From an uncultured Planctomycetales bacterium (GTDB lineage Bacteria; Omnitrophota; Gorgyraeia; Zapsychrales; Fredricksoniimonadaceae): 57,459 nucleotides of DNA. Shown here piece after piece: positions 50,229 through 57,459 of the stretch; the stretch's first letter is position 1, and the number at the start of each line of letters is the position of its first letter. The DNA lies in assembly GCA_964555945.1 (NCBI GenBank), contig CAZKUL010000001.1:1-57459 (forward strand). Reading direction: 5' to 3'. The notes under the pieces are model-generated. The model worked only from the letters and a program-made list of their open reading frames with translations, had not been told where the DNA came from and made no database searches. A program made the position numbers and the translations under genes.

Positions 50229-51157
50229 CTTTGATTTAACCACTCCATGGTCAACCTCAATCCTTCTTTCAGGGGCGTTGCCGCATGCCAGTTTAACAGT
50301 TCTTTGGCCTTGCGGACTTCACCCACCCAAATCGACGTATCCCAAATGCGGGCCTGCATCGCATTCCAATGGACATCAGCCTTAGAGCCTGTCAAAACCA
50401 AAATAACGGCCACAATCTCTTTTAAAGACACCTGCTGGCCTCTGCCTATGTTGATGATTTGATCGCCGCAAACTAAAAGACGCTCAACACTTAAATAAGC
50501 ATCCACCACATCCTCCACATAGATAAAGTCTCTCGCAGTTTCCGGGGACACCATTTCTAAGTCCTTCCCTTGTAAAGATCGACTAATAATGGTTGGCACC
50601 AAGCGGCTGGGTTCTTCATACGGACCATATACGGAAAACAGTCGAAAAGTCACAATGGGCTTCTTCTGGGACCTGGCAGTATATTGACTAAGCATCGTTT
50701 GGGCCGCCTTGGCCACCGCGTAATAACTGTTGGGTTCCAGGAGGTCATTTTCCTGCATTGGCTTTTGCTTAAAGCCATATTCAGAAGAGCTTCCGGTATT
50801 AACAAATAATTTATAAGGCACATGCTCTAAAGCGGCAAGAAGATTGAATGTCCCCAGGACATTGGTCATCAAAATACGTTTAGCATCATGCTGAATAGAA
50901 TAAGCCCCATGGGTGGCCAGATGATAGATAATACTTGGATTGATATGGCCCACCAGATGACGCACGAAAGATTCATCCGCTATGTCCCCGCGATGCAAAG
51001 TGAGCGAAGACAATAAGTCTTCAATACGCCAAAGGTCACCCTGGGGAGATACCAAGACGTGCACCTTAAACCCCATCTTAACCAAACGACGGGTCAACAT
51101 CGAGCCTACAAATCCAGCGGCTCCGGTGACTAAAAAACATTCTTTCTTCAAATCCAC
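50225..51157 (-). CDS. NAD-dependent nucleotide-sugar epimerase/dehydratase (extended SDR)
   Basis: VTGAAGFVGS cofactor motif, a GSSSEYG serine, and catalytic YAVAK. Confidence 0.85.
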   Translation of the reverse strand: MDLKKECFLVTGAAGFVGSMLTRRLVKMGFKVHVLVSPQGDLWRIEDLLSSLTLHRGDIADESFVRHLVGHINPSIIYHLATHGAYSIQHDAKRILMTNVLGTFNLLAALEHVPYKLFVNTGSSSEYGFKQKPMQENDLLEPNSYYAVAKAAQTMLSQYTARSQKKPIVTFRLFSVYGPYEEPSRLVPTIISRSLQGKDLEMVSPETARDFIYVEDVVDAYLSVERLLVCGDQIINIGRGQQVSLKEIVAVILVLTGSKADVHWNAMQARIWDTSIWVGEVRKAKELLNWHAATPLKEGLRLTMEWLNQR

Positions 51158-51314
51158 GGTTTTTTCTAGAGATTCATAGATATGATTGGGTTTTAGAAAA
51201 TTCTGTGTGATTATTTTACGGATTTAATTGTAGGTGACAATATTGTGACTAGCAAACAATTTCTATTTTTTAAGAGGAAATTAATCTAGTTGGCTGATAT
51301 TATAAAATTAGACT

Positions 51315-53399
51315 ATGCCTTCCCCTCTTCCCAAACGTTTATTGTGCTTGTGCCTGCTCCTGCCTTATATCCTTTGGCTTTTTATCTTTAACCAATCTGT
51401 CCTGGGACATAAGGCCCTACTCCATGACACCTTTGTGGATTATTGCGTCTTTAAATATTTTTTCAACAATTTATTTAACGGCGTCATCCCGCTTTGGGAA
51501 CCATTTATTTTCTTAGGCAGGCCCCATCACTACACATTAGTGTCAGGGGTCCTTAATCCCGTGGCGTTATTTATTTTTTCATTTCATTTCCTGGGCCTTA
51601 ACTATTTAAAGCTATACCTCATTTACCTGGTGCTCTATTTTTTATTGGGTCTGGTTGGATTTTTCCTTTTATGCCGGCAAATTTTCAAACATGATGCCTA
51701 TGCGCTCGTGGCCACCTGGTTCCTCACATTTTCAGGTTTGGGAGGCACGCTTTTCTTCCAGATCAATGAGGTGATGCTTTTTGTAACGGGCGTTTGGTTT
51801 TTCGTGTTCTTATTGCGGTTTTTCGATGAGTTCAACGTTGCGGATTTCTGGGGAATAATTTTCTGCCTGATGCTCAGTATGTTTTGCTGTTACCCCTTTT
51901 ATCTCATTTGCCTGCTCTGTGCCTTTTCTTTGGCGTACGCCACCCTTTTTTATAAGTCAATTATCCAACAAATTAAAAATTTATTTGCTTTCATGAAGTC
52001 TCATCCATTCTTGCTGGCTGGCGCCCTGGCATGCCTCTTGATAGCATCGATGCCAATACTTTTATTCAACGTCTTAAATTCAAGCGGAGAAATTGTCTCG
52101 TTGGATAGACATCACACCAGCCTCCAGGATTTTAAGGAAGGTACCGGCTCAAACGCGCAATTAACTTATAAAGATGTGTCCAATTGGGACTCGTTGTCGG
52201 ACATTTACGGCGGATGGGACTGGTTTGCCACTTTTGGCTTTTTCAACGGTGATGATTTTTCATTTCTCCCGCTGTTTTGCTTTACCATATTATTTATGGC
52301 CCTTTGGACCGTTCCGGAACGTGGTACTGTCGTTGTTTTTATGACGGCATTCCTGATTTATTTGATCGGCATGGGCGGAGCCACACCGGTTTATTATTTT
52401 CTCTTTCACCACATCTTCTTTTTTAAATTTTTTAGAAACCTCTATTTTTTTACGATCTATTTAATGCCTTTAATAATTCTATTTGCCGTATTCCAGCTAA
52501 AGGCCATTCTTCAGTCATGGGTCTCGACTCAACATAAAGCGGCGCCCCTTATTTTTATCTCTTTGGGGCATCTGGCCTTCTATTTTCTATTAAAAAATGA
52601 CGGTTGCCTTTATTTTGCGTCCTATTTGACCTTAATATTAAGTTTTCTGTTCTTTGTGGCCTTGGTATTAGGCGCATTTAAACACCACTGGTATTTGCTG
52701 CTGGGCTGTCTTTTCTGTTTGATTGTCATGGAGCCCTGGCACCTCTTTAACTACTATCAAAAGAACCTGCCTAATTTTACCGATTTCCCGGTACCGTATT
52801 CCCATGATATAGCCAGGTTTAATTATACGAGACCCCGGCATGATCAGTTGACCGAACCATATGGCCCGTCATTTTATTGCCTATTTCCAATGTTGGCCTC
52901 ACTTAAAGACGCAGCCGGAAGCATTGAGTTTGAACCGGATCTCCTCCAAAAATATGTCCTGTCCTTTGGTCAAAGGTTTCCTTCAAACCAGCAACCAGAA
53001 TACGTCCGTCATAAAATTGTTCTTTATGACCGGATGCCTAATGCTGCAAAGCAAGGTCCTTCTCCCCAGTATGTCTTAAATGATTCTAAAACTTTTAAGA
53101 TTTTACATTTTGACGTTAACTCACTTGCCTTTGAAAGCAACTTTCCCATAAATAAATTCCTTGTTTACAATGATGCTTATTCCAAATTCTGGAGGGTTGT
53201 GATAAATGGGCGAAAAGAGAAAATCTTCCTCGCTAATGAGGCCTTTAAAGGGATATTTCTACCTGCAGGCAGGAATTTAGTGCAATTGCGCTATTGCCCA
53301 TACGGTGGTGAGTGGGTTTATATCATTGTACTTATCACTAATTGTCTTAGCTTTATCTATCTCCTGTTTTTAAATTTTAACTTTAAAGGCCGACGATAA
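51315..53399 (+). CDS. YfhO-like polytopic membrane protein (GT-C-type)
   Basis: 694 aa with more than 12 TMs. The C-terminal segment ..YNDAYSKFWRVVINGRKEKIFLANEAFKGIFLPAGRNLVQLRYCP.. plus a terminal TM resembles the YfhO family. Confidence 0.5.
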   Translation: MPSPLPKRLLCLCLLLPYILWLFIFNQSVLGHKALLHDTFVDYCVFKYFFNNLFNGVIPLWEPFIFLGRPHHYTLVSGVLNPVALFIFSFHFLGLNYLKLYLIYLVLYFLLGLVGFFLLCRQIFKHDAYALVATWFLTFSGLGGTLFFQINEVMLFVTGVWFFVFLLRFFDEFNVADFWGIIFCLMLSMFCCYPFYLICLLCAFSLAYATLFYKSIIQQIKNLFAFMKSHPFLLAGALACLLIASMPILLFNVLNSSGEIVSLDRHHTSLQDFKEGTGSNAQLTYKDVSNWDSLSDIYGGWDWFATFGFFNGDDFSFLPLFCFTILFMALWTVPERGTVVVFMTAFLIYLIGMGGATPVYYFLFHHIFFFKFFRNLYFFTIYLMPLIILFAVFQLKAILQSWVSTQHKAAPLIFISLGHLAFYFLLKNDGCLYFASYLTLILSFLFFVALVLGAFKHHWYLLLGCLFCLIVMEPWHLFNYYQKNLPNFTDFPVPYSHDIARFNYTRPRHDQLTEPYGPSFYCLFPMLASLKDAAGSIEFEPDLLQKYVLSFGQRFPSNQQPEYVRHKIVLYDRMPNAAKQGPSPQYVLNDSKTFKILHFDVNSLAFESNFPINKFLVYNDAYSKFWRVVINGRKEKIFLANEAFKGIFLPAGRNLVQLRYCPYGGEWVYIIVLITNCLSFIYLLFLNFNFKGRR

Positions 53400-53403
53400 G
53401 AAA

Positions 53404-53805
53404 ATGATCCTTCAACGGACGTATATGCTTTATCTTCTAGCCGCTCTCCTTTTACTGAACATAACGAACTTTGATTATGTCCATAAGCGACGTTTAAATA
53501 AACTCAAATCGGAAAATTATTCTTTGGCGGGGAATAATGCCAACGTGGCCATCAATGTCTGGAATTACCGCAGACGCCTTGAACCTGGGAATATTACAGT
53601 TTTAAAATCCCTGGGTAAATATTATTTATTAGCGAGTGACAGCATTGATGCCAAGGAGACCCTTAATGGCCTTTTATGCATAGACCCTCCCCATGATAAA
53701 GACCGTCCTGAATTCTTAAGGGCCTACAGCTTGCTGGCAGGAAGTGATAAGATCCATTGTAAGGATAAAGTCATTTATGATCTGCTTTTCAAGTATTTTA
53801 TATAG
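53404..53805 (+). CDS. hypothetical membrane-anchored protein
   Basis: 133-aa ORF starting 5 nt after the YfhO-like gene, with one N-terminal TM and no recognisable motif. Confidence 0.4.
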   Translation: MILQRTYMLYLLAALLLLNITNFDYVHKRRLNKLKSENYSLAGNNANVAINVWNYRRRLEPGNITVLKSLGKYYLLASDSIDAKETLNGLLCIDPPHDKDRPEFLRAYSLLAGSDKIHCKDKVIYDLLFKYFI

Positions 53806-53823
53806 GAGAACTGTGACTTCGAT

Positions 53824-55614
53824 TCATTTCTTTTGGCGCATCAAAATAGTGGCTTGAATAATGCTTGAGGTAAATCTGGAATCCGACGGATCAATAACCA
53901 ACCCTCTTTTCCAAAAATCAATGCTTTCTGCGTAATGATCGTCATTGCCCAGGATGACCCCGATTAATAAATAAGGTTCCTTATAACGAGGGTAAAGGTC
54001 TATACAATGCTCAAGAAGGTTGATTGCCGCCTTATCAGCCCCTGATTTATAAAAAGAATAGCCCAACTTCATAAAGACATAGGGGACTTTGTTGGGTCCA
54101 ATGATACCGTTGATAAGCTCTCCACATCTAGCATGGGGGCCAGCCTTGCACTGGTATGCGGCCAACTGATAAGATAATTCTTCTCTTTGGGCGGCAGAGA
54201 TTTTACCCATGGCAATCCTCTTGATTAGTTCAGAAGTCTCGGGAACATTGTCTTTAATGTAATCATAGACCTGGTTTAACAAATCGGGAACAAGATCAGA
54301 GGGAATTGGAATATCTTGATGATTAAAATAATAAGAGGTGACGATATTGGTGGCGATCGAGTTACCTGGGAATTTCCTCAGCCAATTCTCGGCATAACTT
54401 CTCTCGGTCCTTGACATTATGTTGAGATTTAATGTGGAGGTGAAATAGAATAAGAATATGGCTGACAACAGACCCAGGAATAAGAATTTGCTAAGATATT
54501 TCCTTAACCTTAAAAGCAAGAGGACAAAAAGCAAATAAAATCCCATGGAAGAAAAATAAAGCCAATAGGGCTCAAATACCACCCCCATGGCGGGACGGGT
54601 CTGAGATGCTGGAAAGGCAAAAATAAAACCTGTCAAGAATAAGACAAGGGCGAAGCTCTCCAGCGATATTTTGAATGCATAGATGGTTGCAGCGCATCCT
54701 GCCAGAAAACCGTAAAAAAGAACATTCCATATCCAAATCGAGTCATTTAATGGCGGTAAATTACACATAAATACAATGTTCCGGGGGACCATCAGGTTAC
54801 TTAAATACCAAAAGAATACATGAGAAAAATTGGCGGTTAAGATCCAGAAGAACCTGGGATGGAATGTTTTAACATTCTCTAAATGCAGGACTGGATTGGC
54901 CATCAGCATCCATAAAACAGCCAATAACAGACTTAATAAAACATAGGGTACCATCAGCCGGATAATTCTTGGCACCGGGGTGTCCGTCAAAAAGAATAGA
55001 AGGGCTGCCGCATAGAGGGGGAACAAGAAAGTCGTTTCCTGGCAGAATAACGCTAAAAACATCATCAGGAGGCTGAAATAATAGGACAAAACAGTACTCT
55101 TTTTCTCAGCGTATAGATAGAGAAAAATGAGACCTGCCTGCAAAAAAATGGTTTGAGTTAGAATAATGTTAAAGGTGATATGCTGAAGTATGTCACCCGT
55201 CATCGGATGAACACAAAATAAAACGGCTGCGCATGAAGCTGTCAGGAGATCTCGGGCAAGGAGATAGACCAGTACAAAGAAAAGGCCCACATTAATATAA
55301 AAAAGCAGAAGGTTGACCAAATACAGCGGAAATGGCGTCTGGAATAAACGGAACAACCCTACATTGAGCACATAATTAAAAGGGACATAATGGTGCCCCG
55401 AGGGTTTTGTGAAATAGTCCGCCCAATGTTGATATTTAGTAAATACCGTCGAAGAAGGGTCAAGATAAATGCGCTCCTGCGCGTAACTGGACTTCACGTA
55501 GATACGCTCATCGATCATGAACTTGTGCGACAGGATATCGCCATAGGTCATCACGCAGAGTAATAACAGCAGAAAACCTGAAACGCATACAGAGATTTTT
55601 TTAACTTTGAACAT
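53824..55614 (-). CDS. polytopic membrane protein with C-terminal TPR domain (TMTC/PMT_2-like GT-C)
   Basis: 596 aa with about 11 TMs, the motif ..VFEPYWLYFSSMGFYL.., and C-terminal TPR repeats. Tandem paralog of 55601..57459. Confidence 0.6.
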   Translation of the reverse strand: MFKVKKISVCVSGFLLLLLCVMTYGDILSHKFMIDERIYVKSSYAQERIYLDPSSTVFTKYQHWADYFTKPSGHHYVPFNYVLNVGLFRLFQTPFPLYLVNLLLFYINVGLFFVLVYLLARDLLTASCAAVLFCVHPMTGDILQHITFNIILTQTIFLQAGLIFLYLYAEKKSTVLSYYFSLLMMFLALFCQETTFLFPLYAAALLFFLTDTPVPRIIRLMVPYVLLSLLLAVLWMLMANPVLHLENVKTFHPRFFWILTANFSHVFFWYLSNLMVPRNIVFMCNLPPLNDSIWIWNVLFYGFLAGCAATIYAFKISLESFALVLFLTGFIFAFPASQTRPAMGVVFEPYWLYFSSMGFYLLFVLLLLRLRKYLSKFLFLGLLSAIFLFYFTSTLNLNIMSRTERSYAENWLRKFPGNSIATNIVTSYYFNHQDIPIPSDLVPDLLNQVYDYIKDNVPETSELIKRIAMGKISAAQREELSYQLAAYQCKAGPHARCGELINGIIGPNKVPYVFMKLGYSFYKSGADKAAINLLEHCIDLYPRYKEPYLLIGVILGNDDHYAESIDFWKRGLVIDPSDSRFTSSIIQATILMRQKK

Positions 55615-57459
55615 GGCTTTTGTTCATCTTGATAGCCCGGTTGACATCACTTCGTAACCGCTGATCAGCCGGGTCTATGGTCAAACCTATCTTCCAGATA
55701 TGTATAGCTTCGTCATATTTACCTAAATTGGCGAATAATGTTCCTGTAGCCACGTAACCATCCTTATAATCCGGGGCTATGCGCATGACCTTCGAAAAAG
55801 AATCCAAGGCCAGGTCAGGAATGTTTTGTTGTGCCAATACTATGCCCAGAACCGTCAATGCCTTAGGATCTGACCCAGCATTTATGAATATTTTCGCGTA
55901 TTTCCTTAGATTTAAGAAATCCTTCTGTCTTAAACAAATATCCATAAGCAATGATAGGCTTTGAGGATCGTCCTTGGTAATGCTGAGATTGAATTGACAT
56001 AATTGGTTGGCTTCTTGGTATTGACCATGATTAAAATAAATTGTAGCCAGCCCCACCCTCGCGTCCAGCATCAGCGGATTATAGGCTAGGGCAAGGTGAA
56101 AAAGCGCCTTCGCTTTCTCCCATTGCCCTTCTTCAAGATATATCTCAGCCAAATTATTATACGCGAATGAGGAACGGGGGTTGCTTTCCAGCGCCCTGTA
56201 GTCATCCGATTCAGCGGCCTTGAAGTTATGCTCACCATCCTCGATGACCCCCATACACAAATAAAGCTCTGCGTCCGAAGGATATCCGGAAAGCCCTCTC
56301 TTTAAATATCTCATGGATTCTTTTAGTTTTCCTTCATCATAGTAAGCGGATGCGATGTAATAATTAATCCATTTGATGGAGGGAACCTCTCGAGACCAAT
56401 AAAGAGAATATGTTTTTTGATCGGCCCATAATTGATTATTGGCATGGGAAATGGTGCCCCATGTACAAGTCAGGATAAATAAAAGCATCAAACCAAAACC
56501 TTTCTTTTTATCAAGAAAAACCCACAAAAGATAGGCCATTAAAATAAAAAATCCAATGGAAGAAAAAATGAACCAATGGGGTTCAATTTGAACTCCGTTC
56601 TCGGGTTTCCTGAAGGCGGCCACACAGACAGGCATAAAACCTACTATCATCCACAGGAATGCCAACTGACACTCTTTAGCTAATCGTACATATAATATTG
56701 AAACTAATATTAGCAACAAACTTGACTCCCAAAGATAACCGGCCATATGGTCATGAATGAGGGGCGCCGCCCAAGCCATGACAATACCTTGGGGATATAT
56801 CAACCGTGACAGATACCAAATGAACCCATGACATAAATTGGCCCAATACATCCCCCCATTCACATGCCAAAGAACAAGGGGCTTTAGAATTAGCTCATTG
56901 ATGCTGATAAAGTAAAACCTGAAGACAATGTAAGCAAAGACAATCAGATAGTACGGAAAAAGATATAATACCTTTTGCTTCACGGACTCTTTGCGAAATA
57001 CGATAGTGTATGCTGAAACATAAAAAGGAATCATGATTCCGCTTTCGTTCCAGAACAAGGACAAGAAAGTACATACCAAGCTTAAAAAGTAAAACACTCG
57101 ATTACTTTCTTTATCCAGAGACTCTTCCAGCAATAAGATGGCCCCCAACATAAAAATGACTTGGAAGGCAAAAACACACGCTGAAGCATAGTTGACCACG
57201 ATCCCGTTGATGGGATGGATGAGATAAAAAAAACCTGTCAAAAAAGCCAATATAGTCTTTCCCGTTAGCCTTTGGATAAACAGATAAATTAATAAAGAAG
57301 CGAAGATAAATAGGAAGATATTCAAAAGATGGTAGCGCCAGAAATGATGCGCAAAAACAGCATACAACAAATCGTAGACCATATGGGCCATGGGACGGTA
57401 ATAGCCGAGATTTTGCTGGCTGTCCATCAGGCAGGCCGACACGCGTTTGCGCTCGGAGA
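55601..57459 (-). CDS. polytopic membrane protein with C-terminal TPR domain (TMTC/PMT_2-like GT-C), 5' end outside the window
   Basis: The frame stays open to the window edge (..SERKRVSACLMDSQQNLGYYRPMAH..). About 10 TMs, the motif ..IEPHWFIFSSIGFFIL.., and at least 6 TPR units. Confidence 0.6.
   Translation of the reverse strand, partial: SERKRVSACLMDSQQNLGYYRPMAHMVYDLLYAVFAHHFWRYHLLNIFLFIFASLLIYLFIQRLTGKTILAFLTGFFYLIHPINGIVVNYASACVFAFQVIFMLGAILLLEESLDKESNRVFYFLSLVCTFLSLFWNESGIMIPFYVSAYTIVFRKESVKQKVLYLFPYYLIVFAYIVFRFYFISINELILKPLVLWHVNGGMYWANLCHGFIWYLSRLIYPQGIVMAWAAPLIHDHMAGYLWESSLLLILVSILYVRLAKECQLAFLWMIVGFMPVCVAAFRKPENGVQIEPHWFIFSSIGFFILMAYLLWVFLDKKKGFGLMLLFILTCTWGTISHANNQLWADQKTYSLYWSREVPSIKWINYYIASAYYDEGKLKESMRYLKRGLSGYPSDAELYLCMGVIEDGEHNFKAAESDDYRALESNPRSSFAYNNLAEIYLEEGQWEKAKALFHLALAYNPLMLDARVGLATIYFNHGQYQEANQLCQFNLSITKDDPQSLSLLMDICLRQKDFLNLRKYAKIFINAGSDPKALTVLGIVLAQQNIPDLALDSFSKVMRIAPDYKDGYVATGTLFANLGKYDEAIHIWKIGLTIDPADQRLRSDVNRAIKMNKSHVQS

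Overview
AT-rich 57.5-kb chromosomal segment from a diderm (Gram-negative-type) bacterium. Almost every gene is on the minus strand, in tight operons with frequent ATGA/TAATG stop-start overlaps. Left to right: (1) a truncated, frameshifted tyrosine-recombinase remnant at the window edge. (2) 372-6256, an envelope module: MetA/phenol-degradation-type OM beta-barrel, monohaem cytochrome c, LolA-like protein, FtsX/MacB-type ABC permease and ATPase, class-III aminotransferase, YceI. (3) 6413-14149, a type III polyketide synthase operon: FAD oxidoreductase, T3PKS, UbiE-type methyltransferase, 41-aa TM peptide, SDR, HAD phosphatase, polytopic spermidine-synthase-like fusion, second methyltransferase. 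(4) 14304-17874: a 647-aa protein of unknown function, an ELM1-type glycosyltransferase with two in-frame TGA codons, and a 2OG-Fe(II) oxygenase. (5) 18047-20266: membrane protein, histidine kinase and a REC/Fis-HTH regulator that lacks an AAA+ domain. Blocks 2-5 are each preceded by the same phased three-TGCA promoter/operator module, which suggests one regulon; I rank this the most interesting signal. (6) Two noncoding regions (20.5-21.2 kb and 33.95-34.6 kb) carry paralogous modules of a tRNA-like 5' half, a variable spacer and a conserved intrinsic terminator. (7) These modules bracket a 13-kb block: TolC/RND/MFP efflux operon, duplicated small periplasmic proteins, a CusRS-like two-component system, an extra paralogous regulator, a porin and three homologous activator-type promoter cassettes. 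(8) 34.6-57.5 kb is an envelope-glycan cluster: WecE aminotransferase, WbqC, TylF/FkbM/class-I methyltransferases, split transketolase, epimerase, two ArnC/GtrB-type GT2 enzymes and six large polytopic GT-C-like proteins, three of them TPR-fused. I saw no rRNA, intact tRNA, CRISPR array or intact transposase. All family calls come from reading motifs in the translations, not from database searches.
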